Shown here in pieces: positions 1-8,546 of a DNA stretch of 64,000 nt (within the stretch, counting starts at the first letter, position 1; every line of letters begins with the position of its first letter). A model generated the notes under the pieces. It was not told where the DNA came from and made no database searches. It saw only the letters and a program-made list of their open reading frames with translations. Both the position numbers and the translations under genes were made by a program. Source of the stretch: Thermodesulfobacteriota bacterium (lineage in GTDB: Bacteria; Desulfobacterota; Binatia; Bin18); the NCBI GenBank assembly GCA_964291405.2, contig OZ219926.1:320001-384000 (forward strand). Direction: 5' to 3'.

Positions 1-716
1 TCGCCAACCGCCCGATGTATCAAGAGAGCGACAACGGCTGAATCCACACCTCCGCTCAGGCCACACACGACCCGTTTGTCTCCAACCTGGTCACGAATGC
101 GCCGGATTTCGCGTTCGATAAATCCCTCCATCGTCCAGTCCTCAGCACAGCCACAAATCCGGAAAAGGAAATTATGCAGGATGTCTTTCCCCCGTTCGGT
201 ATGGACAACTTCGGGGTGAAACTGGACGCCAAAATACCGGCCAGAATCATCGCGGCAGGCGGCTATAGGTGAGTTGTCCGAATGGGCTAGGACCGTCCAG
301 CCTGTTGGCAGGGATTCCATTTTGTCGCCGTGGCTCATCCAGACCTGAGTCGCTACCGTAGACGAGAAACCGGCGAAAAGGTCGGTCGCATCGTCAATAA
401 CCAGTTGGGCCGGACCAAACTCACGACGGTCCGCCTGAGCAACCTGCCCCCCAGCCAGTTGGTGCAGAACACCCATGCCGTAGCAGATCCCCAAAAACGG
501 AACCGGAATACCAAGGATTGGAGCGGCGAGCGCTGGAGCGTCTTCATCGTACACGCTGGCAGGCCCTCCCGATAGGATAATCCCTTCGGGATTCATGGCT
601 TGAATACGGTCCACGGAAATATTGTATGGATGGATCTCGCAGTAGACGTGCGCCTCGCGAATGCGTCGGGCAATCAGCTGGGTATACTGACTACCGAAGT
701 CAAGAACTAGAATCAT
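1..716 (-). CDS. guaA: GMP synthase (glutamine-hydrolysing), N-terminal part, runs off the window start
   Basis: Manual translation from ATG 716: MILVLDFGSQYTQLIARRIRE...LSGGPASVY...LGICYGM...GVQFHPEV...LSGGVDS. Lies downstream of guaB. Absent from the ORF track because there is no stop in the window. Confidence 0.97.
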   Translation of the reverse strand, partial: MILVLDFGSQYTQLIARRIREAHVYCEIHPYNISVDRIQAMNPEGIILSGGPASVYDEDAPALAAPILGIPVPFLGICYGMGVLHQLAGGQVAQADRREFGPAQLVIDDATDLFAGFSSTVATQVWMSHGDKMESLPTGWTVLAHSDNSPIAACRDDSGRYFGVQFHPEVVHTERGKDILHNFLFRICGCAEDWTMEGFIEREIRRIRDQVGDKRVVCGLSGGVDSAVVALLIHRAVG

Positions 717-804
717 AACTGCCAATCACAGATGTTCGCCTGGTATGGCCGGCCATCCCCTCACCAGCGACTATGGACCTCTGCGCCCATAGCCAGTACA
801 ACCA

Positions 805-2280
805 CTACTCCAACCGATAATTGGGCGCTTCTTTTGTGATAATCACGTCGTGGACGTGGTTTTCTCGCAACCCGGCCGGAGAGACACGGACAAATCGAAC
901 CTTGGTTCTGAGCTCCTCCAGATTCCGGCAGCCGGTATACCCCATACCGGCCTTCAGACCGCCAACCAACTGATCGACGACGACCGATAGTGGCCCCTTG
1001 TACGGCACACGGCCTTCAATCCCCTCGGGCACCAGCTTGCCCGCGCTTTCCTCCGCGTCTTGAAAATACCGGTTCCGGCTCCCTTCCCGCTCGCGCATAG
1101 CCTCAAGCGAGCCCATGCCTCGGTATTGTTTATACGAACGGCCTTGATACAGAATGGTCTCGCCTGGGCTTTCTTCCGTACCAGCGAAGAGGCTACCGAT
1201 CATCACCGCCTGCGCACCGGCGGCTAAGGCTTTCACGATATCGGCGGAAAAACGAATCCCACCGTCAGAAATCACCGGGACTCCGGCTCGTTCGGCAATC
1301 CGGACCGTGTCGACCACTGCTGTCAGCTGCGGCACCCCAACCCCCGAGACCATACGCGTGGTACAGATGGACGCGGGCCCGATGCCGACTTTAATGCCGT
1401 CCGCACCGGCCTCGATCAGCGCTTGCGCGCCCTCGGCAGTGGCGACATTGCCCGCCACGACCTCCAGACCTCTGAAATTCTGTTTCAGAGATCGAAGTGT
1501 CTCAACAACGCTGGTTGTGTGCCCGTGAGCCGTATCAAGGACAACCACATCTGCACCCGCTTCAACCACGGCTTCCGTCCGCGCCTCCCGATCATCGCCT
1601 GTGCCAATAGCAGCCGCCACCCGCAGCCGCCCGTACTCATCCTTGCACGCATGTGGATGCTGGCTCGTCTTCTCAATATCTTTCACGGTGATGAGCCCCT
1701 TGAGATGCATGGCCTCATCAACAACCAGCAATTTTTCAATCCGATGCGTATGAAGAATGTCTTCCGCTTCTTCGCGGCTGATCCCCGGCCAGGCAGTCAC
1801 GAGGTTGTCTTTGGTCATCACTTCCGAGACCAGACGGTCCAGCCGTTTTTCAAAACGGAGATCACGGTTGGTTAAAATACCAACCAGTTTGTCATCTTTG
1901 ATGACTGGTAGCCCGGATATATGAGAGCGATCCATGATCTCCCGCGCCTGGGCGATGGTCGTGTCAGGAGCAATGGTAATAGGATCGATAATGACGCCAC
2001 TCTCATGCTTTTTGACCGTGGCGACCTCGGCGGCCTGGGCTGGAATACCCAGATTGCGATGGATCACTCCGATACCGCCCGCCTGAGCCATGGCAATGGC
2101 GGTCCGCGCCTCAGTCACCGTATCCATAGCTGCGCTCACCAACGGCGTATTCAGGCGAATCGCTCGCGTGACATAGGTCGAGACATCCGCGTCTTTGGGC
2201 AAAAAATCAGATTTATCAGGCAAGAGGAGGATGTCATCAAAGGTGAGACCTTCGGGGATTTCTGCGGGCAGCATAGGCAT
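805..2280 (-). CDS. guaB: IMP dehydrogenase
   Basis: [21 protein letters not shown] pair, catalytic [29 protein letters not shown]. Confidence 0.99.
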   Translation of the reverse strand: MPMLPAEIPEGLTFDDILLLPDKSDFLPKDADVSTYVTRAIRLNTPLVSAAMDTVTEARTAIAMAQAGGIGVIHRNLGIPAQAAEVATVKKHESGVIIDPITIAPDTTIAQAREIMDRSHISGLPVIKDDKLVGILTNRDLRFEKRLDRLVSEVMTKDNLVTAWPGISREEAEDILHTHRIEKLLVVDEAMHLKGLITVKDIEKTSQHPHACKDEYGRLRVAAAIGTGDDREARTEAVVEAGADVVVLDTAHGHTTSVVETLRSLKQNFRGLEVVAGNVATAEGAQALIEAGADGIKVGIGPASICTTRMVSGVGVPQLTAVVDTVRIAERAGVPVISDGGIRFSADIVKALAAGAQAVMIGSLFAGTEESPGETILYQGRSYKQYRGMGSLEAMREREGSRNRYFQDAEESAGKLVPEGIEGRVPYKGPLSVVVDQLVGGLKAGMGYTGCRNLEELRTKVRFVRVSPAGLRENHVHDVIITKEAPNYRLE

Positions 2281-2300
2281 ATTCCTCAGCTCATAGTTGC

Positions 2301-2335
2301 AAAAAAGCCCATCTCGTCTACGGATGAGATGGGCT
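2301..2335 (-). terminator. Intrinsic terminator-like hairpin with U-tract in the guaB leader
   Basis: Minus strand AGCCCATCTC-ATCCGTAGAC-GAGATGGGCT-TTTTT, ending 20 nt before the guaB ATG. Confidence 0.8.
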
Positions 2336-2350
2336 CCATTTCGTGTCGTG

Positions 2351-2371
2351 TCAGACAGTCGTTGCTACCAT
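2351..2371 (-). CDS. Putative 6-aa leader peptide MVATTV
   Basis: AAGGAGAGGC-ATG GTA GCA ACG ACT GTC TGA, just upstream of the terminator hairpin. Confidence 0.4.
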   Translation of the reverse strand: MVATTV

Positions 2372-2418
2372 GCCTCTCCTTATCAAACCCCTACCCCTTT
2401 CGCAAGCCAGAGCCTGAG

Positions 2419-2440
2419 GCACAATATATAGGGGTGTCAA
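2419..2440 (-). promoter_or_regulatory. NrdR-box-like site adjacent to a TTGACA -35 element upstream of guaB
   Basis: GCACAATATATAGGGG (2419-2434) resembles NrdR consensus acaCwAtATaTwGtgt; TTGACA on the minus strand at 2440-2435. Confidence 0.5.
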
Positions 2441-2452
2441 CGTCTTTTCAAA

Positions 2453-2836
2453 CTAGGCAATCTCTTTCATTTTCTGATAGGTTGCGTGGTCCATCCAGCC
2501 CGAGACCTTACGCGGATTCGTTTCCACCTCAACGTCGTCCAGGACTTGGGTCTGACAGGCCAAGCGGTAGGATTTCCCTTCCCAGGCGACGTGCTTCTCT
2601 TCTTTGACACTCAACGGTGAGAGTGCTCTATGGTCGTTCACTTTCACCCGACACGTCCCACAAAACCCTTTGCCCCGACAATTGAGCAATTTTGCAGGAA
2701 ACGGCATTCCAGTAAATGGATCGGGACCAAAGAGTGGATACAGGTCTATCTTATTTTCTAGGGCGACCTCACGCAGGTTCGATCCTTTGGCCACTTCAAT
2801 TGTCAATTCCTGCTTGATAAACGTTACTAACGGCAT
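2453..2836 (-). CDS. 2Fe-2S ferredoxin
   Basis: NCRGKGFCGTCRV...RLACQ motif. Confidence 0.9.
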   Translation of the reverse strand: MPLVTFIKQELTIEVAKGSNLREVALENKIDLYPLFGPDPFTGMPFPAKLLNCRGKGFCGTCRVKVNDHRALSPLSVKEEKHVAWEGKSYRLACQTQVLDDVEVETNPRKVSGWMDHATYQKMKEIA

Positions 2837-2911
2837 GCGCTTGCAGCCTCCTTCACCCTCGTGTTAGGCAGTTGTTTATCTGGTCTGACCACACAAATCC
2901 AGAGGTGGGGC

Positions 2912-3124
2912 ATGTACGTTGATGTGAGTTGCAGAAAATGTGGACAGCAAAAACGGATGGACATTGGCGCTCCCCGCAATGATGCCCTTGAAGATCATCT
3001 GCACTACTTGAAAGAACGCCTCACCCACCAGCCCAGCTTCCAGTGTTTTGGCGGCCATTTTGAGCTGTCCGCTCCGCTGCCTGACTTTTGGGACATTCAC
3101 TGGGAAACGCTCGGAGAAACCTAG
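2912..3124 (+). CDS. Small hypothetical protein, possible Zn-ribbon (CRKC...CFGGH)
   Basis: GAGG SD before ATG 2912; CxxC plus CxxxH. Confidence 0.65.
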   Translation: MYVDVSCRKCGQQKRMDIGAPRNDALEDHLHYLKERLTHQPSFQCFGGHFELSAPLPDFWDIHWETLGET

Positions 3125-3166
3125 AAACAGTCGACCTGACTCAATACAACCGGCATTGGAGCATAT

Positions 3167-3664
3167 ATGGCACAGCAACCGGAACAAAGTGGAGAATTCT
3201 TCACTGAAACCACCACGCCGCAAGCCTCGCAGGAAGTCAAGCGGTGGCATCAAGACCCTGACTATCTCCCCCCGTTTAGCATTATCCGCTGGCGTGTCAT
3301 TGATGAGGTGTGGAACGGACAAAGCGCCATCGATGCGGTTGTCCTGGTTGAAGTGAAAAAACAACACGATTTTGGCGCGGCACAAGGGGTGGGAGGCGTC
3401 CATGCGTTGGACCAAGCCCTCCGCCAGGTCCTGACAAAGCACTTCCCCTTTCTCGAGGGTGTGGACCTCGTTGAATTGTATACCCACCGTGGCGGTGCCG
3501 GGACGGCAGCGGAGGTTGTGTCCATCATGAAGTTCGGCGATGGCAGACGGCAGTGGAGTACCATGCGTCAATCACGGGACTTACTCGAATCAGCCTGGCT
3601 GGCCCTGATTGACGGCTACGAGTGGATTATTGTGAAATCTCGTCAGAAAAAGATGTCGCAATAA
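3167..3664 (+). CDS. Stand-alone LeuA/CimA C-terminal regulatory-domain protein
   Basis: AAQGVGGVHALDQALRQVL...GTAAEV...ESAWLALIDGYEW resembles the citramalate/isopropylmalate synthase allosteric domain. Confidence 0.75.
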   Translation: MAQQPEQSGEFFTETTTPQASQEVKRWHQDPDYLPPFSIIRWRVIDEVWNGQSAIDAVVLVEVKKQHDFGAAQGVGGVHALDQALRQVLTKHFPFLEGVDLVELYTHRGGAGTAAEVVSIMKFGDGRRQWSTMRQSRDLLESAWLALIDGYEWIIVKSRQKKMSQ

Positions 3665-3690
3665 AAGAAGGGAAAGGAGGAGAAAGCGAG

Positions 3691-4044
3691 ATGCCAAAGG
3701 CTCGCCTGGACTGGCAGTATCATCGCCCGAGTTGAGTGACCTGCAAAAAAGCGCAAGAGTTTCTTGTGCAGAAAGAGGTGACCGCCGCCAGCGTTGTGAA
3801 TGCGCGCAAAGAACAATTTGATCGCGTTCGGACACTGGAATTGCTGCAACCACTCAGCGAAGTCGTTGCCGTGAAAGGCAAGAAAATTCTTCGTTTTTCT
3901 CTGAAAAAAGACCAGCCACCACCGGACGCCTTGCTTTCGGCCGTCATTGGCCCTTCAGGTAATCTGCGTGCCCCAGCCATACGCGCAGACAAGCTGCTTG
4001 TGGTCGGCTTTCATCCTGCCGTCTATGGTGAGCTTTTTGCATAG
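3691..4044 (+). CDS. ArsC-family (thioredoxin-fold) selenoprotein; UGA 3733-3735 read as Sec in U-x-x-C
   Basis: Strong SD GGAGGAG, ATG 3691, MPKARLDWQYHRPS-TGA-VTCKKAQEFL...GPSGNLRAP...VGF; hairpin at 3751-3769. Confidence 0.85.
3751..3769 (+). promoter_or_regulatory. Candidate bacterial SECIS hairpin
   Basis: GCGCAAG-AGTTT-CTTGTGC starting 16 nt after the in-frame TGA. Confidence 0.6.
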
Positions 4045-4089
4045 CGGCATACCCACGGATATGGAATGGGTGCCGCTCCTCGACCCGCT

Positions 4090-4764
4090 CTATACCGGTC
4101 GTTTCAACGACGTCCCCCACTGATCCACACAGGTGACCTCCTCAACTCCCATCCGGCGTACGGGACCAAATTTGCCCATGGGATAGCCGACCGGGAGGAG
4201 GGCATAGGTCGAGATGTTATCCGGCAGATTGAGAACAGGCCGCAGTTCTTCCTCGTGCAGCGAACAGACCGTGGTGAGCGTGGTCCCGAGCCCCAAGGCA
4301 CGACAGGCCAGCAGCATATTCTGTACCGCAGGATAAATGCTCGACCCTGACAGACGGGCCAGCTTGGCCGCTAATTGCGCGCCAGCCTCACCCGGCGGCA
4401 TCGGTCGTTCTTTGAGACAGGCGAAAATAAGGACAGGCACTTCAGCCAGATTGTCGGCCAAGTAGCTTGCGGCGTCCAACAATCTTCTGAATTTTCCTTC
4501 TTCCATATGGCTCGGTCCCGGCCGACCATCATAAATGGTCCGCGCTTGTTCCCAGCCTTTTTGATAAATGTGTTGGACCTTTCGTTTGACTTCAGCATCT
4601 TTCACGACGAGAAAGCGCCAGTGCTGGGTATTGCCACCACTGGCAGCCCGGATACCAGCGTCAAGGATTTGATAAATAATGTCGTCTGAGACCGGGTCGG
4701 TTTTCAGCCGACGCATACTCCGGGTCGAAAACATGATGTCGAACAATTCCGCTTCTACTGCCAT
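4090..4764 (-). CDS. Nitroreductase family protein
   Basis: TRSMRRLK, AASGGNTQHWRF, SIYPAVQNMLLACRALGLGT. Confidence 0.92.
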   Translation of the reverse strand: MAVEAELFDIMFSTRSMRRLKTDPVSDDIIYQILDAGIRAASGGNTQHWRFLVVKDAEVKRKVQHIYQKGWEQARTIYDGRPGPSHMEEGKFRRLLDAASYLADNLAEVPVLIFACLKERPMPPGEAGAQLAAKLARLSGSSIYPAVQNMLLACRALGLGTTLTTVCSLHEEELRPVLNLPDNISTYALLPVGYPMGKFGPVRRMGVEEVTCVDQWGTSLKRPV

Positions 4765-4982
4765 GAACCGCCTCCTTACTAACGCCTCGATGCGTGTGCA
4801 TGTTCTCCTGCATCCCCTTGTCGGAATTCCTCAGCACGGCTAGAGTGACCGGCCAGAATTTTATTGTCCACGACAAAATCAAAGAGATGAAGAATGCAGG
4901 TGCATTGTGCGTGTCTGCCCGCCCTGTGTCAAATGGAACACCGCGGTCTTCTCAGGCTGACACGATAAGGAGTAAGCAGGTT

Positions 4983-5930
4983 ATGGATGGGCTTCGAAAC
5001 CGGCAACAATCACATACAGGCAGAGGCGTACTCCTGGTGGTCGCCTTCATCTTGACCGGCTGTGGAGGTTCGGCGCCGAGCCTGACAGGAGAGGAGATTC
5101 AAGCCAGAAATCCAAAGCATACCTATGTGGAAATTGACGGTGTTGCGCTGCATTACCAGCAAACCGGCCTGGGCCGGCCGCTTATTTTCATCCACGGCCT
5201 GCTCGAAGACTACCGTATCTGGCGGCATGTCACCCCAGGGCTGACCTATGGCAACACAGTCTATGAGCTGGACTTGATGGGCTTTGGCCTGTCTGAGAAA
5301 CCGCAAGACAAAACCTACGATCTGGATACCTATCTGTCGCAACTCACGACGTATATTGAGAATTTTCACCTAGAAAACATTATTCTTGCGGGACATGACT
5401 TCGGGGCGGTCATCGCGGCAGCCTATGCCCTCCAGAGCCCGACCAACGTCCATAAACTGATTCTGATGAGTGCCCCAATCTCGGCGCACGAAAGCCTGCC
5501 GCTCAATATACGCCTGCTCGGGGTTCCCCTGATCGGCAGCCTGCTGAGCGGAGACTGGTTTCTCAAGCGCATCCTTCAGGAGGGGGTGTTTGACAAGCAA
5601 GTTATGAGCGACGCCATGGTCAAGCAGTATCTTGAGCCCTTCGAGGATGACCCTGGGGCTCGCGCGGCTCTGCATAAATTTCTCCGCGAGTTTGATCTCG
5701 ACCGCGTCGTTGAAGAGGATATTCTTCCCAATCTGAGTGCTCTCACCATGCCCACCTTGCTCCTCTACGGCGGCCAGGATCAATTTACCTCCATGGATGT
5801 TGCGCGCGAGCTTGATGTGGCCATTCCAGGTGCGGATTTACAAGTCGTCACCCGCAGCGGACACTACATCCTTGAAGACCGTCCGGAAGATGTCCGTCAG
5901 CAAATCAAAGAATGGATTGACAAAGATTAG
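4983..5930 (+). CDS. Alpha/beta hydrolase, probable lipoprotein
   Basis: Lipobox ILTGC; IHG, DLMGFGLS, nucleophile elbow GHDFGA (Asp type), C-terminal GHY. Confidence 0.9.
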   Translation: MDGLRNRQQSHTGRGVLLVVAFILTGCGGSAPSLTGEEIQARNPKHTYVEIDGVALHYQQTGLGRPLIFIHGLLEDYRIWRHVTPGLTYGNTVYELDLMGFGLSEKPQDKTYDLDTYLSQLTTYIENFHLENIILAGHDFGAVIAAAYALQSPTNVHKLILMSAPISAHESLPLNIRLLGVPLIGSLLSGDWFLKRILQEGVFDKQVMSDAMVKQYLEPFEDDPGARAALHKFLREFDLDRVVEEDILPNLSALTMPTLLLYGGQDQFTSMDVARELDVAIPGADLQVVTRSGHYILEDRPEDVRQQIKEWIDKD

Positions 5931-6025
5931 AGAGAGAGTCCAAAGACCAATTGACAATGTGGACCTTACCAGTCTAGCTTGGAAGACAGAAAAGAAGATT
6001 CAGTATCCGCTGAAGGAGTAAGACC

Positions 6026-6578
6026 ATGAGCTACGAAGAAATTGAATTCAGCCGGCACTGTGATGCTATCCAAATCCCCCAAGGCATCAAGGTGACTATT
6101 CCCAAAGGCACGCCCGGCGTCATCACTCAGGCATTGGGCGATACCTATACTCTCCAGCTTGCCAACGCTAGGAGGTCTCTACCGCGTCTCCGACACGGAC
6201 GCGGACGCTATTGGAAAAGAAAGTAAGGGACCTGCCCCAGCCGTCACTGCAGGTGCGGGTGGCAACGTTACTGAGGATCAAGTCTGGACGCAACTCAAGA
6301 ATGTCTACGACCCGGAAATCCCGGTGAATATCGTTGATCTCGGTCTGGTGTACGACCTCAGCGTGAAAGACCGGCCGGAAGGTGGGACCGACGTTGATGT
6401 CAAAATGACCCTGACCGCTCAGGGCTGCGGCATGGGACCGGCTATTGCGATGGACGCCCAGATGCGGATTGAAGGCATCCCTGGGGTTGAAGATGCCAAC
6501 GTCGAGGTGGTGTGGGACCCACCCTGGACACCGGCCATGATTTCACCCGAAGGCAAAGAAAAACTCGGTCTTGATTAG
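6026..6578 (+). pseudogene. sufT: Long-form SufT Fe-S assembly protein (DUF59) with one frameshift near 6157-6160; possibly an assembly error
   Basis: [12 protein letters not shown] in one frame continues as PTLGGLYRV...[17 protein letters not shown]...[11 protein letters not shown]...VWDPPW in the +1 frame. Confidence 0.8.
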
Positions 6579-6713
6579 ACACCAACGGGGTGGTCAGACA
6601 GGCTGCCCTGCCTCCACGTTCAGCCATTTTCCTCACTTCGACTGAAACGCAATCCGTCCACCGTAGTAATATTACTCGATGCCGACGGCGATTCGAATCA
6701 AATGCGCCCCCTA

Positions 6714-7484
6714 TTATTTTATTGGAGATAAAAGCTTAGGGGTTGTAACTATTTTTCTTATGCCGTGAGCATGATCCTCTTTAAATGGATTTTTCTCACA
6801 CCATTCATGTAAAGAGTTAATATTTAATAGCTGACAGCTTTGACTAACATTCCAGGTCACTTGGAGAGGAGAACATGTTTGTTCAGTATACTTTGGCCCT
6901 GTGGTGGAGCCTAAAAACTCTAGAGCGTCACTACGGTCGGGTAGCTGTTTAACTTGATGAAATCCATCTTTAGAAGTAGTCACTGTATAGCGAGAAAAAC
7001 TTGGTGCTTCGTTGTCATTAACTAATAAAAACACCTTGGTCTCAACTCTTAGCTGTGGATTTGCACATGATTCTGAAGAACATGCCTGAAGGCCTTCTCC
7101 TGGTTTAACATCACAGCTTGAGTATACCCAGTGAATTTCTATGGTATCCCCGGGTACAACGTTTTTACAGAATTGATTAGATGCAGGAGCCTCTAGCTGT
7201 GAAGAGGTCAAGGATTGAGTTTCGTTACATTTCCACCCCCCAGCACCATTTCTCTCCGCTGGTAGTGAAAAACCAGATGCTTTGTGTTCAGCATGTTTAT
7301 GAAAGTGGATGTTACACAAATTTAACTGCTTATGGTTGGGAGAAAGGTTAAATTTGACTGGATTTTTGCCTTCTCTTTCAGTTAAATCCCGTGGCGTTTG
7401 TGGACCAAAGTTTTGGCAAATTTCAGCATTTAATACGCCTGAGAATAGCACTGAAAAAATAGTTAATACGGATAGCTTATACAT
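6714..7484 (-). CDS. Secreted delta-class carbonic anhydrase, AT-rich
   Basis: Signal peptide; FGPQTPRD, LCNIHFHKHAEHK, DTIEIHWVYSSC, GSTTGP, HAHGIR; much more AT-rich than the flanks. Confidence 0.82.
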   Translation of the reverse strand: MYKLSVLTIFSVLFSGVLNAEICQNFGPQTPRDLTEREGKNPVKFNLSPNHKQLNLCNIHFHKHAEHKASGFSLPAERNGAGGWKCNETQSLTSSQLEAPASNQFCKNVVPGDTIEIHWVYSSCDVKPGEGLQACSSESCANPQLRVETKVFLLVNDNEAPSFSRYTVTTSKDGFHQVKQLPDRSDALEFLGSTTGPKYTEQTCSPLQVTWNVSQSCQLLNINSLHEWCEKNPFKEDHAHGIRKIVTTPKLLSPIK

Positions 7485-7628
7485 ACAGTAATTCCTTTTA
7501 TTTAATTTCTAGTGAGGCAAATGCATTTGATGCTGGAGTAGAATGGACCGGCGACTTTCGTCTCGTTGCAGGAGAATTGGCAACACGCTGTAAGAACTTG
7601 CTGCGAGTTTTATACACTCATTGTACTC

Positions 7629-8153
7629 TTATGTATCCTGTCCTTTCCATTTGGGCTGAAAGTCTTCCCTGCCCATGAGCTTCCGGTACGCCTCGGGTGG
7701 CGGACAGTCCGTGAGCGCCACCTGAAAGAAACTCCCGCCTCCGTCCGCTCGCAAGACACTGACAACAATCTCTTCACGCGGATTATACGTCCTCAACAGG
7801 CGTATCGCGTCTTTTTTCTGTGCGGTTTGTGACAGCGCGGCAATCCGCCCCTCTGGCAGGTAGCCGAGTTGAACTTCTCTCCGCGCGGTCTCCTTCTCTG
7901 TAGACGCACCCTCGTTCACAGCTTCGTTGATGTCCTGGTCGGCCTCATCTGGCCACTGCCGGGCGTCCATGAGCACAAGGCCACGGCCATAACGCAATAG
8001 CCCGCTCCAACTCAACGCGCCGAACTTCTGCCGGTTCTCCCAGATAAAGCGTTCATAGGGGTCCTTGAGGTCTGGAACGTTCCGCTCTGTCGCGTCGGAG
8101 GGATCGACTGTCGGTTTGCTGACGTCAGCTTGAGATTCGTCTTGTTCGCTCAT
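7629..8153 (-). CDS. Hypothetical protein
   Basis: 174-aa ORF with host-like codon usage; no recognised motif. Confidence 0.7.
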   Translation of the reverse strand: MSEQDESQADVSKPTVDPSDATERNVPDLKDPYERFIWENRQKFGALSWSGLLRYGRGLVLMDARQWPDEADQDINEAVNEGASTEKETARREVQLGYLPEGRIAALSQTAQKKDAIRLLRTYNPREEIVVSVLRADGGGSFFQVALTDCPPPEAYRKLMGREDFQPKWKGQDT

Positions 8154-8183
8154 ACAACGCCGAAGCCTGTAGCCGGGAACCGC

Positions 8184-8414
8184 TCAGTCTTCAATAATAG
8201 CGCTCAACGACGTCCGCCAGCCGGACATGGCAAAGCGTTGCTCCAGGCCGTACCGCTTGATTTCGTCGAGTCCGGGCATACGCGTGACCTTCCAGCCCTC
8301 GCATTTCGCCGAGCTACACGGACAGGGGTCCGTCATTGCGTCGAGCAGCGCCGTCGGCATATCCAACCCTTTTGCCAAACGGGCGACAAATTCTTCTTTT
8401 GAAATATGAGCCAT
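8184..8414 (-). CDS. Small hypothetical protein (CPCxxxxC)
   Basis: ORF upstream of 7629-8153 on the same strand. Confidence 0.6.
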   Translation of the reverse strand: MAHISKEEFVARLAKGLDMPTALLDAMTDPCPCSSAKCEGWKVTRMPGLDEIKRYGLEQRFAMSGWRTSLSAIIED

Positions 8415-8546
8415 ATCCAACGCTAGGCGTTTCTCTTTCCTTCTGAAACCGCAATCACAATAACGGCGATGATCACGCCGAGGGCCGCGCCAACAAGAAT
8501 CGGACTGTCTGAAAAGAACTCATACAGCGCGCCCATGGTACTCCAC

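Noticed and set aside
7565-7585. GTTGCAGGAGAATTGGCAAC as a Zur box for the carbonic anhydrase
   Set aside because: Half-site spacing does not match the 7-3-7 pattern of the other sites
7629-8414. TGA at 8184-8186 is in frame with the downstream ORF (possible Sec read-through)
   Set aside because: No redox motif around the TGA and no AGU-loop SECIS-like hairpin; in-frame spacing occurs by chance one time in three
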